A DNA stretch of 64,000 nt from Ascidiella aspersa (lineage: Eukaryota), in assembly GCA_963924565.1 (NCBI GenBank), contig OZ004608.1:13640001-13704000 (forward strand). The letters are read 5' to 3'. The position numbers and the translations under genes were made by a program. A model generated the notes under the pieces. That model worked only from the letters and a program-made list of their open reading frames with translations. It was not told the origin of the DNA and did no database searches. Shown piece after piece: positions 24,475 to 38,500 of this stretch; within the stretch, counting starts at the first letter, position 1, and each line of letters begins with the position of its first letter.

Positions 24475-27400
24475 ATGAATTTAACGACAAACGCTTCGTC
24501 TAATGTTTCCGGAAGTAAGGTTTAGTATTTATATTTCATTAATCCATCTAGCCTAACTTTTGTATTTTTTTAGTCCTTATTGCTTAATTTTCGTTATATT
24601 TCTTTTTCACAATAACTGGCGTATTTTTCGTAAAGTTGTAGGTTTTAGGGAACTCGTGTGCCACCCATACTGCACAATAGTATAGACAACTTAATTGGGC
24701 TTTTGGCACTGTATGCAATTTAGTACGTTAAAAAAATACTAAATTTCATAAGTTGTATTATATGTCGGACGACGTAGTTTGCTTACTAATAATAACCAAG
24801 TGTCGCTCTTTCATAAGCGACTGTAAGCGTATATACAAAGCCGATTTTTGCCATAATACCTCCAGCAATTACACAATTGCAAAAATACATGATACCCCCC
24901 GAAATTGCTAACAAAGAAACGGTACTAAACGATTAACAGTGAAGAATTAGTTAATCTGGCTTGGAAATCGGTAACGAGACTAAAATATAAATTTTAACAA
25001 TTAAATAAACATCACAGGCGGCGAAGACCTGGCGTATGATTCCGGTTCGGATTGCGAACGGACTTCAGCTCTCGCGACTCCGATATTTTACATCGCCATT
25101 GCGGCAGTAGGACTGCTCGCCAACGCCCTGGTCATATACATCATTGTTATCTTGAAGTAAGTTTAGGTCGGATCCAGAGTCATACTGCCATTTTGTTTAC
25201 TGGTAGCCGATGTCGAGGGGGGTTGTATGGCTGCAAGCCAGTGGTTCTGAACATTTTTACCCTTACAAACCGACATAAAAAAGCTTACAAAAAACTCCTT
25301 TTTACGGTCGGTAGCCAGAATTTCGAAGCCACGATCCTTTACTGAAACAACTAACAGAACAAGACATTTAAAACAACACTTAAAATGAAGTTTATTATTA
25401 TACGGCTTTACTAGACAATCTGGTAATGCTAGTATGAAATTCAGACATTTTCAAACAAATTGTTATTTTAGTACCTATAGTACAATGCTCCACAAATAAA
25501 GTAACGTTTTTTGCGGCACACACAGCACAAAACTTGCGTTCAGTCATGCAAACTTGTAGCCGTAACCAAGAAGCATCATCAAAGTTTATAACACTGCAAG
25601 TTGTGTCATTGTAAGTTGGTATGAGTTTTAATTCAGGGCTGAGTGCCATCAAGTACTCTGGGCGTTTGGCACTTTAAGCGCGAAATTTTTTGTCGGTTTA
25701 CGCAGTTAAATCTGGTAACAAACATTTCGGACTGCACAAATAAAGAAATCTTTTTCGGGGACCGGCTAAAACATTATCGTGGACCTGCAGTCAGAAAGTA
25801 CTGCTTAAGGCCTTAAGCTATACTAATTTTTTTTCTATAAATATTTAAAAAGAGAAAAAAAATATATTGTTTAAATATAACGGTACATCTATTAAAAATA
25901 CTTATCACTTAGGATTTTATAATATTAAGTGGTGCGAAGAAAAAACATCAAACCAAAGATTACCCACCATACATTTTTACAATAAAACACTAAACCAATT
26001 CAGACCATTATTTCTACTTAAACTTAATTGTGCAAAGAATTGTTTTAGATCCGCTAAATATAATTATTTTTCGATAGTATAACATGATTAAAATAAACAA
26101 TTTATCTAAAAAAGTAATTGTATTGCATTTTGTTAACTTTCAGGGAATATCAGAAGACAGTCACGAATGTGTACGTTGTTCAGCTAGCCATTGCAGATTT
26201 CATGTTTCTTTTTCTTCTGCCTTTTGAAGCCCAAACTTTAATTAAAGGAGAATGGACTTACGGAACGGCATTCTGCAAGATTAACGAGAGCATTCGGTCA
26301 GTTTCAATATAGTCCGTCACACACTTTTATTTGGTTCTTATTAAACGTTTTTTTTCATAGGCTTTATTAGTAAAGCCCAAATATTGGTTTGTATGTAAAT
26401 TGTGTTTTCTACAAAATTGAATACCAGTGTGCAACTAGCAGGTATCAATGTCGCAGAGACGGTTTTGTTAGATGGAAAATATTTGTATTTCAAAGCTGAT
26501 ATAGGAGTTTTAAACTTTATATGCAAAGACACTGGACTATAGGACAACGCAAGATTGCCCGAGCCCCGAGTCCGACGTGCCTAGCGCAGTACCAAACTTC
26601 GAAACTAAAAATGCCGCAAATTGTAAATTGTAAGATGAAATACTATGTGATGGATTTACCAACTACATGTTGCGGGTGAATGAATTATATTACACCATTA
26701 TGTCGGAGCTGAACTAGGGACTGGAAGAAATCGACTCATTTGGCGGAATCGGAAGTCAGACCGCGTTGCTTTTTAACCTACTCCGGATCCCGGCTTTGAA
26801 TAAGCATGAAAAGAAAACTCGATAATACAGCACGCGGTATGCGGTACGGTGCGTACAAAATGGTCACAATTATTTACGCGGCGCTGGGCGGCAACTTGGC
26901 CTGACCGCGCAAGCGGCCGCCAACGCTCCTTGTTGGCTTCTAAACTGCTATGATTATCATACACCATACAGTTTTAAATTACACATTAGCAGATCTAGCC
27001 TTTTAGCCTTTTCGGTTTAAACTGTTATACAATTTATACACAACATTACAAAATTAAATATTAACATAAAAACGAGTTTCAAATACGTTTTTAACCAACT
27101 GTGCATGTCAAAATCGTAAAAAAATATATGTAACTCATGCAACTGTTTTAAAAATGTCTTAATCCCCTGCAGGTCAGAAAATAAAATAGAAACCGCAATG
27201 TTGTTGAACGCTTGCAAAGTTTCGTATTATCGTTACGAACAAGGTTGAGTTGCCATATAGGAACATGTTTCGTAATTCTTGATACCACATAACATTTAAT
27301 TTACTTTAGATAAATTCTTAGTCAACATAAAAAAATAATTATATCCGAGCTTGCCCTCATTAAACTTTTCCGTACAAATACGCAGAATTTTCAACTACTA

Positions 27401-30400
27401 CGCGTCGATCCTTTTCCTGTGCGTAATGTCGGTGGACCGCTACGTTGCCATTAACCATGCCATGGATTCCCGCTTCACCAAATTCCGTACCCGGCAGGCC
27501 GTGTACATTATCAGCTGCCTCGTGTGGATGGTAGGACTGCTGGCGGTTGTCTTTGTCCTCATTCATGCCGAGGTGAACGGTTGTGAATGCAAGCTGGTCT
27601 TCGGAGGTAATCAAAATAAACCCTAATAGCGTCCTCCTAATCCTAAACCCAACACAGGTTTTTTTTTTCTTGCAAACCCCTAATTTTTTTTTGGTTCGCG
27701 TGAACGACGGTAGGCAAATCATGTCATAAATGGACGTCACAATCAAATAGACTCCATAAATATGCTGATTTGTTCATAACTTACGTCACAATACAAATAG
27801 ACTTTAGGAAATAAGCTGATGATTTAAGTAAATTGGAGTCTAAATACTTTACATTTAGTGCTAAAACGTTTTACTTTTATTTAACTCTTTTCTTTTAAAA
27901 ATTGATTACTTCTTACTACTAGATATACGCCAATACTTCAATTTGGCCTTAATGGGCCCCCAAAAATTAGTTCACGAATCCCCAAGCGGTACATCATGGA
28001 CCCCAGTTTAAGAACCCCTGCTCTTACACTTCTTAGTGTTGCGTCAATGTTACACATTTTTTAACTGAAGAAGACTTGACCGAGACAACTTTTTTTAATT
28101 CTTCAGTTTCAGGTTCAGCTGCAAAGGATCTCGATAATTACCAATACTCCGATTATGAAGTAGATAGTGAAACCAGTGGAGCGGGAAATACGTAAGTTAA
28201 ATTTAATGGGGAGACATCTTGTCTAACTTAATATTTCTTACACAATTTTTAGGCAAGGTAATCCGTTAATATTTAGTATAAAGATATCTCTTTTGGATAT
28301 GAGGAACATTTAGTATACTCTTATAAATGCAAGGTAGATTGTATTATACTACAATCATTAATCATGTTGAATGTCGAATAGCAAAATAAGTAAATATTTT
28401 TATTTTAATATTTGCAATATAATAGTCTTGAAGATCTTATTTGATGTTACATAAGGACGCTTAGTCGCAATTACTCATTTTTCTTATAATAAACTTGCAA
28501 TTCAACAAAGTGGTCAGAATATTCATTTTGTACCTAATGATATTATTTCTCGTTATGTGTCATTTTCCAGGTTTATTAACGTACATGGTCCAATATTACG
28601 TCAACTTTTGGTTTGAACTTTGATTAAAACTTTTTCAAACGAGGTTTTGTAAAATTTTGTAGGTTCGAGAGTGCAACCAACGCAACTGTATTGGCGTAAG
28701 TTAATTTCTCTTTCATTTTATTAATTTGTTGGATATCCGTTAAGTACAAAAACAAACAAACTTATTTTTTATATTGTAGAACAGAAGCATCTGAAGAGGA
28801 AGACTTTAATTATGATTGGTAAGTAAAGAAGCCGCTTGCGTAAATAAAGGGTTCACAAATATCTACCACTAAAAGTTCTATTCACCTTTTTACATTCAAA
28901 ACGTCAATCTAAAACTAAAAAATCGTAAATCTAGAAATTAGTCGTTTAAAAAAATTAGCTATAGTTGATTTCGTTGATCACCCTTAATGACAGGTCCGCA
29001 AAACTTTTTTGGTTTTACCCGCTATACCTACTACCGGCTACTGTCGGATATATGCTTTGATATATTTTTTCTGGTAAAAGTCAAATATAGCTGGCTATTT
29101 TTCTAGGAAGCAAATATTGCTGAACGCTCCGGGCGGATGCTCTTTCTCGGGTTTTGAGATCAAACTCTGGGTGATCTGCAATTTCCTTTTCGCCTTCCTG
29201 CTCCCGCTGCTTATCATCTGCGGGTGTTACGCTATGATCATTCGCAAGATTTATGAGCCAATGAGCGTCGGTAAGGGCCTTGTTCAGCTGCGTCCTTGGG
29301 CTTGCTATGTATCGGGCTTATCGCCAATTGTAGAGCAATGTAGAGCTTTAAACAGTGGTTGGTTTGTATTTTAAATTATTTTGTCCAACAAGTCGACATT
29401 TGAGTCCACTCACAAATTTGTTTCATGCGAAAAAACATTCTTAATAAACCAAATACTTTTATCAATGTAAACGTTTACTAAAGTCGATAGAACTACAGTT
29501 TTCACTTTATTCCAGGTAATGCTAACTGTTGTGCATTAATTTAGCGAAAAAGATAGTCTTCATCCGCGACCAATTGAGGTCGTACAAATACATAGCCTAT
29601 ATGTTTTAGCCCCTCGTGAAAAAATTGAACTTAGCAATTATTCCGAAGGTAACGATATTTGTAGACTTGTGTGAGATCTACTTAATCATGTGCGATATAC
29701 TAAACTGCAGAGGTCAATTCAATGACTATCATTGATCTTTTATATTTCCGAAAGGAGTGAAGTCCACGAAATCGAACAAAACAAGGAAACGTGTGACCCG
29801 AATGGTCACCTGCCTGGTGACTGTATTTTTTGTTTGCTGGCTGCCCTACCATTCGTTCTTGCTGTCGATGTCTGCTGGCACTAGCCAGCTGTCAATCCTT
29901 CAGTGCAGAAGCGTTAAAGACTTTACTTTGGTGTTTGCCTACATGAGCAGGTAGGTTTGAATCAATCTTATTTAAATCCATGATACAGGGCAGTTACCGC
30001 TTGTGAGACTTCCAACGTGAATGGTCCCTGTTGCAAATATACGCATGTGTAACTGTAATTTCAATTTCTTAAAAATTGCAAATTACTAAATGGCATTACT
30101 TTGTTTTGATTACTGTTCTACCCTTTATGCTTAATTTGCTTCTGTTAAAATTCTATCCTGATGGAGAGACTGGCCGAAGCTTTATAATGGGAACTCTTTA
30201 AAATTTACAAATGGCCGCGGTAATATATATCTTGAATATTTACGACTGAACCGCGTAACTTGTTTGACAATACCGACCCTGCTATAATCAAATCTCTCTG
30301 TCGTAAATCATAAACAAGTCTAATGTATTAGATGGCGAGCTTCAAGGCCAATGGGATTTCCCTGCTGTTACCATTAAATGTTTCTTGAAACGTTGTTCAT

Positions 30401-31537
30401 TGCGCTGTAGTCGTTTGTAAAGGATGTTAGGAAGCAGCGGATATTGTAGGAAGCCTACGTAAGACATTACCGTTATGTTAAAACATTAATCACGTTCATT
30501 CTGTAGCTATACACTGACGGTTGGCAAAACCGAAAAGCTGTTTATTTAGCCATGACACTTCGTTTCACTTGAGTCATTCCTTTCACACTATATTTAAATG
30601 AATAAAAATTGTTTAATTTTCGGTCCAATTTGTCTCTATGTTTTTGCGAAATGTCACATCAAGCGGCATTTCCTACAAAGGGATAAATTAAATAGAATAG
30701 AATTTTACTGTTTTTAGCTCGTTGTTACTACATTGATTGTTTTTTGTATCATTTTCCGATTCCTGCTTTTAAGCCAATATTTTTTCAACAGCGCATTAAA
30801 TCCGTTCCTTTACACATTCCTGGGAACTAATTTCCGCAAGAGATGGCAGACAGCCTTGGGCAGGACCAGGTCCTTCAGACCTAGTATTGGAAGCAGAAGT
30901 GGAGCTGATTACGCTCATGGTAAAAAGTCAAGGTAAAAAGCAAAAACAATTGATACTGTTTTTTAAGTAAGATAGGGTTTGAAAACTGCAATAAAGCTAA
31001 GCAATACTTGCCTCACGTATGTTTTAAAAATATCACGTGAGTAATTTCCACTTTCAAATAAATTAGTTTATAATACAGGTCAGCCTTCAGGTGTTAAATG
31101 CTAAACAAAATTATACTTCAAGTGAGCATATATTGCGCAGAGGAGGCCTATAAAAATTAAATGACGCCTTGAAAAAATACAAATATCATAGCTGTCGTTT
31201 ATTTTTACATAAACTATACTTACACTGGAAAAATATGTCAATAAATTAAGTCTGAAACGTATTTGGCTTCTTGTTCTTTTATTATAAACGATTGCACAGA
31301 ACCTAATTTACGTTAACTTCGCTGATAGACTACTTCTTGCCGTATAGTTCTGTAGCAATAGTAATATGATGGTTTTATTAAAATATTATTCTAATTTACA
31401 GAAGAAAGTCGTCGGGTATTTCTATGACGGGACACAAACGCCATTCACATGACGACACCAACAGCCAGTCGCTGGTCACAAAGCATACAGTCGTTCCCAC
31501 GAACAACATTGTCAGACAGGAAGACGAGAAACTGTAG
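24475..31537 (+). CDS. Class A peptide GPCR, somatostatin/opioid/galanin-receptor-like (~448 aa, 11 exons)
   Basis: Exons 24475-24514, 25018-25156, 26144-26296, 27386-27606, 28107-28191, 28663-28695, 28780-28818, 29107-29270, 29755-29950, 30792-30932 and 31402-31537 total 1347 nt in frame. Motifs GLLANALV, KTVTNVYVVQLAIAD, WTYGTAFCK, MSVDRY, FLLPLLIICGCY, KRVTRMV, CWLPYH and SALNPFLY; N-glycosylated N-terminus. Confidence 0.9.
25239..25803. mobile_element. Degenerate hAT-like MITE in GPCR intron
   Basis: Termini CAGTGGTTCTGAAC / GTCAGAAAGTACTG; weak TSD. Confidence 0.5.
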
Positions 31538-32715
31538 ATATGAACACACATTTCAGCAAAAGCTGTAATTTTGTCCCGCATTTGTGTAATGTAAGACAAC
31601 ACAGTTTTCAACTACATTTTAGCTATACACGTTTGAATGCAAACGAATCTGTGCGGATGAAAAGTTATACTATTACGCGCACAACTGTATAGTTTTATCT
31701 GTAGCACGTGTATTATTGGCTCGTGCTATTGATCCACGCTTTTATCGATGTTCTGCCAATCTTGTAAACGATTTTATTTGTTCGAGAAAGTGTATTTTCG
31801 CTGTATTGTGAATTTGTAACTAGCTTTGACTAACTTTTAATCCAGTTTGTGATCTTTGATTTGCTCGAAATATATGTTTTAAAATTGAAATTGTTGGAAG
31901 ATGGGCAACGAATTAACGTTGTTTGAACTTTATTTTATTTTTCTTTTGAACAGCGCCAATTCATCTTTAAAAGTGAATGTTTTTAATAAAAGAATACACG
32001 TTTTTGGTGATTAAATGTTAGTTAAAACAGAAATACTGAGTTTAATTTGATTTTTGTTTCAGTAAAATAAAAATTAACCTATTAACGTACCACTTATTAT
32101 TTTTAGTATCTAAACTGGTAATTTCCCATTATTGTTTTAGAAATGCTTGAACGTATTACGACAGCTTACAAAGGAGTTACCATGAATATAATAATAATTA
32201 ATGCTTCGACGTCCCAAACGAAATAGCTTGATTAAAGTTAAACATAACAGATCTAAAATATAAAAAATATTTACACAAAAATAATTTAATGTTTGGTTAG
32301 TCAAATAGAAATACTTGGGTTTCCAAATGAAATCACAAGTGTAATATTACAAATTAAATGCTTGTGATTATGATGTTCTTAAGTAATCAAAATCGTATTT
32401 CGCGCGTTGAGAGAGCTTCAAACAAAATCAGATTATCAGATTTAGTTTCATGTGGGCTGAAAAAATTTATTGGTTTTCGTCGTACTGTTTGAAAAAATCA
32501 GCGCTTCTGAACTTGGTGGGCAGTGATCGGTTAAACGTGGTATTTCAATATTTGTTAGTGTAAATGAAAGGTATAACTGTTAATTTAATTGAATTTATTT
32601 TTCTCTATTTCCCGGTAGGCGGTAACCAAAGGTGGTATACTAAATACCGAATGGTATACAGAATGGTACTGAATGGAACCACATGGGATCAAATGCTAAC
32701 GAATGCCAACCAAAC

Positions 32716-32983
32716 TGGCGCTCTTTCACTTATGTACGTGAAAAGTTATGCAAAAAACAAAACGAAATAATACCACATACCACAACGCATATTGTTAGGG
32801 TTAGGGTTAGCGTTTGGGTGAGGGTGGGTCAAGTAATATTATGTTTATTATTAATAATAACTTGACCCACCCTCAACCAAACGCTAAGCCGCACCCTAAC
32901 CCAAACAATATGCGTTGTGGTATGCAGCATTTGAAGAAAGTTTTTTTTTTATTAATTTTTACGTACAATAGTGAAAGAGCGCC
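32716..32983. mobile_element. Largely palindromic hairpin MITE with TTAGGG-like core
   Basis: Arms TGGCGCTCTTTCACT / AGTGAAAGAGCGCCA, ACCACAACGCATATTGTT / AACAATATGCGTTGTGGT and GAGGGTGGGTCAAGT / ACTTGACCCACCCTC. Confidence 0.8.
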
Positions 32984-33057
32984 ACCAAACTAAATGTCTG
33001 TTATAAATGTGATATAATTTTACACTGAGGCATGTCATGTCGCATGAGAGTAGTGAG

Positions 33058-33761
33058 TAGGGTTCCTCTCCGGGAATGTTTCGACGGGAAATTCCCTGGA
33101 TTTCCCTCGAAGTAACAATCCCGAATCCTGGGAAATTTATTTTTTAATCCCGGTTATTCGGCAGCATAGCAAAACTTGAAACAAATTGTCGTTTTGTACT
33201 GATATAAAGAAAAAAATTTTACCAACCCTGTTAAAGTTGTTGCCTGAATTGCTTTATTTGCGCTTACCCACTATGGAAAGTATGGCAAGTGCACCCACGA
33301 TTTTTTTCTCAACAGACTAGATCTGCACCCCTGGAAATTAAATATGCACCCGGTTTTCCTATATGTTATAAAAGCGGGGTGAACTTTTGACCTCAGTTGC
33401 ACCCGGTCACCCCAACTTTTTCGGCCGTGCACCTGCGAGATCTCGTCGAGATCTGCCAAACTTTCCAAACGGGGCGCTTACCAGCGGACAAACATTAAAT
33501 TTATTCTATCAAAAAATGCGCCTTTTTAAAATAAAAACAAAAAAGGGTGCTGACTTTAATACGAGAAGGTCTTATAAGATTGCAGAAGCAAGACTACAGA
33601 ACATAAAACAGCTTGATTAAATCTTTGGAGCTGATATAATCTAATTTTAAACGTCATAATGACAAAATTTTAGGTATAATTTTTTCGTCGGGAATCCCGG
33701 GACTCCCAGGAATTTTCATTTTTCACTCCCGTTTCCCGGTCCAGGAAAAAGAGGAACCCTA
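33058..33761. mobile_element. hAT-type MITE (TAGGG termini) with nested element 33269-33474
   Basis: TAGGGTTCCTC / GAGGAACCCTA, with CATGAGAG directly after the right end and 7 bp before the left end. The inner element is flanked by the 8-bp TSD CGCTTACC. Confidence 0.75.
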
Positions 33762-34884
33762 CATGAGAGTATATAAAACGGAACCCTACATGAGAGTATA
33801 TGGAACCGAATGGAACCCAATTGAACTCGTAGGATTATCATTAAATACCGAATGATACCGATACTTACCTGACGGTGGTCTTAAACCAAATCACTGTGGG
33901 GTTTGTGTCCTGACATTTTTTTCCAGGTAAAACAGGTTTTTTTTGGCCAGTATAAATACTAAAACTATTACCTTGCTGACACTACTATTTATTACCTTAT
34001 TACCTACACCACAAACAAAAAGGCGAAAATGTTGACCTTCTGCCGATGCGCTGTTATAATTCGGGCTCTACCTCCAAGTGGCGACACCATCTCCCTTTGG
34101 GAATGGTTGTCCTGAGGACTGGGCCTGAACCCATTACTCGAACTTCAGGCATTCCTGGCCTCCTTCTTGGCCAATGGGAAGAAGAAGCCACTACCCCATT
34201 ACCCTTTACTTTACTTTTACTTTTGTTACTTTCTTTTATTTAGAAAAAAAATCGATCCCATGTGGTTCCATTCTGTTCCATTCGGTACCACTCTGTATTT
34301 AGTACCACCCGTTACCAAGTTTGTTAAGTTAGTGCACAAGTTGTACCCAGCAAGCTCTCAGTGACGTTATTAAAGGGGAATGTCCTTACGCTTTAGCTTA
34401 CTGACCCATGACATTCCGTGATTTTTGCGTAAGTTATACAACTCTAATGTTGTTTGTAGCAAGATGATTACCAATAATATTTCTTCCATTATCAAGCCTG
34501 TTAAATGACATTATGTGGCTTGGTGCCAGGGGCTTAAACATAAATATTCAGCACAAATACAGCTTAATTGCATAAAGGGATAAAAATAGCATTTATTTGT
34601 TAAAATAGGCAAAAATTTCAAGTTCAAATGACACATGACTCTATTATTGGATTACAGTGTGCATGAAGCGTGGTGTTTTTTCATTAACGTAGTTGAAATA
34701 AGCAAAAAGTATAATTTGATGCTCATCTGCTAATTTGTTTTCAATTCATTCAGTTTTTTTATATTTTTTTGCACCAATTTTTTTGAATTTTTCGCCGATT
34801 CTTCAACTAACCTAATCTCCAGCAAATTTTGTAAAATCTTTCTGGTGCAAGGCTTTAAATCATGGTTATCCCGTACCTGGTAGA

Positions 34885-35185
34885 TTAAAGGCCCGTTTAC
34901 ACTACAGCTGCACTGAGCTGAGCAAAGCGTAATTTGCATTTAAATTCTATTGTGGCGAGCGTTTCAAGCTTTGCTAAACTCAAGCCCTGTGCAGCAACTG
35001 CAGCTAGCTTAAAAATACGCTTTGGAGCGATTTTCACGCTTTGCAAAACTCAAGCCCAGTGCAGCTATAGAAACACGTTACGTTTGGAGCGATTTTTACG
35101 CCCAGCGCAGCTCAGTGCAGCTGTAGTGAAAACAATTTCACGCCCAGTGCAGCTCAGTGCAGCTGTAGTGTAAACGGGCCTTTAA
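34885..35185. mobile_element. MITE with ~35-bp perfect TIRs (PIF/Harbinger- or Kolobok-like) upstream of ICE2
   Basis: TTAAAGGCCCGTTTACACTACAGCTGCACTGAGCTG ... CAGCTCAGTGCAGCTGTAGTGTAAACGGGCCTTTAA, with internal tandem subrepeats. Confidence 0.85.
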
Positions 35186-35535
35186 GGTCAAAAATACGTC
35201 TCACTTTTTAACTGTTTTGGAATATTGGGGTGCAGGTTTGGCCTGTTGAAGAAACACACATTCACTATTCTTCTTTTTCCAATATGTAATTGTGGACTGC
35301 TAGGTAAAAAGATGGATAATAATAGTTCATTGTGAAAAGTTAACAAAAAGGAAATTTGATTTTGCTCCTTAATTTTCCAATGTGTTAAATAGGTGAACTG
35401 GATAATTTTCTTAAGTTTAATCAATACCATGTTAAATAATAAAAGTTATGGTTGCCTTAGGACCTGGACATGAAACAAATTGTGTACTTATTAATATAAA
35501 CTGAATGACGATTGTACTTTAAAAGGTCAAAAAAG

Positions 35536-38500
35536 ATGGATGATTTTGAATTTAACCCTGAAATACAAAAGCATATTGAAAACTTTAACTTCGACAAATA
35601 CAATCAATACAAACCTACTGAGGAAAGTTGCTTTGAAAGCTCAGGACTAATGGAAGAAGTAAGTGAATCATTTATTTGACTCCCGGTATAATAATTCAAC
35701 ATGCGTTGCCTGGTTAAAATGTATTTCCCCGATATAAAAAAGGTACTTGGTTTGGTGTTGCATGGTTAAATAAAGTTTTCTACTAACCATAACTCAACCA
35801 GATAAAATTACACTCACTGAAATCATTAGCATTCCAGTGAATTTTAAACCCACCTTGTTTTTCACCAATGATTTAAATAGCTCTTCTATTTCGGTATGTA
35901 TACATACATCTTTAATACAAGTCTATATGAAATTATTTATATGGTTAGGTGGTAAATAAAAATCAAAAGTTACAAAATTCATGTTTACATTACTAAATGT
36001 AATCCAAAACTGTTGCACCCCAAAATGTAACAAAGTCAATTGAATTAACTGTGCTTTGAACTGTTATAAATATTTAATTTACAATAACGCAAAAAATGTG
36101 GCAAGTTATAATCTACCCTGGTAATTAAAATTAACAGGGTTGGGACTTTGCACTCTCCCGACCACTAGGGGGAGTGCAGATTGCTTGGGCAGAGTGCTCT
36201 CGAGTCTCGACACTTACTTGCCTAAATGGTTGACCTAACATTTGGTTGTTGTTATCAGACCTACTGGACTCAATTTGTTGGTCATCGCCAAATTATGCTA
36301 AGCGGCAAAGACTGAATGCCTAAAATATTGCGTTTAATTGCTAAAAATTTAAACCTTGCACAACTACAAAACCAAATTAAACTCGCACATCAAACATCCA
36401 ACTGCATCAATAGTAAGCGAAACGAAATGCCAGGTTAAATCATTAGTAAATATATTTAGGCACGACGGAATTTGCACATGGCATGACAACATTTTTTGAA
36501 AAGTGTTATTTTGTCTTGACGATTGATGTGCAAATTTTAACTGAGTATCACCCCTTTTCAAACATGAAAAGAATTAAAATCAGATTGTTAAGGAAAGCCA
36601 TCTTGTATTTAATACATATGCGAAATTGATAGAAACATAATATTGCGGAGAACTATTTAATCCATTTTCGCCCCCTAAATCACTAGTGGACAAGTGATTT
36701 TTTGTTATGTCGGTTAATCATAAGATATCTCATCTTAAAGTGTTCCAAAATTATCAGTTTTTTCAGCTGAGGAAATATCTAGTTACTCCTAAAGCTAAAG
36801 AAGCCTTATTAGTTTACTAAATAAATATATATAACTTTTAACCACATGCCAGGTCTGCACCTGTGTTTGGTTTAGTTGTTACCACTGGTCACTCTATTTT
36901 TACCCTGTGCACAGTTGCTTAAAATGTGCACAAGAGATGTAAATCACTTGGTAAAGCGCCCCAATTATCAAACATTATCGTGGCAAAATTTGCGCCTTGT
37001 TTTTTTTTGGTCTTCACGTTTTAGGCTACTAACACAGCATTTATTCTTTTTGTTTCTGCTCTTCTGTTAGAAAATATCCATAAAAATGCAGGTTAGATCT
37101 TCAAAATACTTTGTAGTTTGTTTCTGTTTAATTTGCTGGGTGCAGTTGTGCGAGCGTATAGTGTTAGCATTATAAGAAATATTTGACCTAAGTTTGTGGT
37201 AAAAAACATTAGTTGTTGCACAACCCAAAAGCCTGTTGGATGATGTAAATTTTTGGGTATATTCTTACAAAAAATAAACTTAGCACATACAAAACGAAGA
37301 CTTCAGCAAACATGTTTATTTTTTGTTTGTTTTTAGATAGAATGTGACTTCTCTTCATTTATAATGGAAATTTCAGCGGATGTGCAGGAGTCAGTTTTAA
37401 AACAAAAGAAGAATCCAGAACCTTCCAAACTCATAGGCCCTAAGTCAATTTTGACCCAAAAAGATCAGCTCATTTATACTAGACACATCCTATCCTATCG
37501 CGCTAAGAACAAAGGATTGCTGCCTCCCACATTGTCTGGTGGTCAAAAGGTTTCTTATTGTAGTTCATATTATATGTATATGCTTTAAATATTTGGTAAA
37601 ACCAATACCTTTTACATGTATCCAGTCAATAATAATAATAACTTTTTTTGTTAATATTCTGCCTTTTGGTTACCCACCCTTGCCAAGTGGATAAGTAACT
37701 GATTTACCAGAGTAAAAACAAAACAAAAAAATATATACATATATATAATATAGTGTTTTCTCGACTAGCTCCTCTCTGAGCCTGTATAGCTCATTTGGTA
37801 GAGCTAGATCTCGGTTGTTAACACACATATGTGAGATTGTGTGTGCATGTTTTATTGAATATATATATATATATGAGGAAGTTTGTGTGTCACTTTGGGG
37901 CGTGTTTCATTGGGCTTCTTGCCTTGGGACTTGGGGAGTAAATCGTCAACCAACTAAAGGGAGGGGATATGCTCAGTGTTTTGAAAACAGTGTAAAATTA
38001 TTAAGCACAATCAGTTAATATGCAGATTAGTTTGTTAGTGGTAGTTTTTGTAAAATAAATTTATATTTTGTCTTGTTTAAATGCATTGGCCTTATGATGC
38101 GGCACACTAGCATACTTACTCATTGTGTTTTGTTAATCTTCTATTTACTAAATGTTTATAGTCACATAGTGCAAATTTAAGGGCGATATATGATGGAGAC
38201 TTAATGTTGGTTAGTCAAATAGCTGAACAATTGAAAGTCAAAATTTGATATTAATTTGATTTATTATATTATTATTGTAATCAATGTCTGGTCAAACTCA
38301 ATGCACAACCATAACTTATTATAAACTGTCTTATTTCAAGGAGGTTGTATCTAAAGTACTACAAGAACAGCGCCAATATTCAGACTATGCAATTCAGCTT
38401 GCTTTAAGCAATGTGGCACAATATAATATGGTATACAAGCATGTGGAAGAATATTTTAAGGTAAATTAATAACTTTTTTCTGCAATGCTGCTTGTTTTCT

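Larger units (their letters stand above)
32621..34315. mobile_element. Outer TIR element hosting three nested insertions
   Basis: About 65-bp inverted termini: GGTAAC..GGTGGTA..CTAAATAC...GGAACCACATGGGATC versus GATCCCATGTGGTTCC...GTATTTAGTACCACCCGTTACC. Confidence 0.75.

Noticed and set aside
37780-37812. tRNA-like 5' half GCCTGTATAGCTCATTTGGTAGAGC
   Set aside because: An A box and D arm are present, but there is no GTTCRA B box or complementary acceptor stem. At most a SINE or tRNA fragment.
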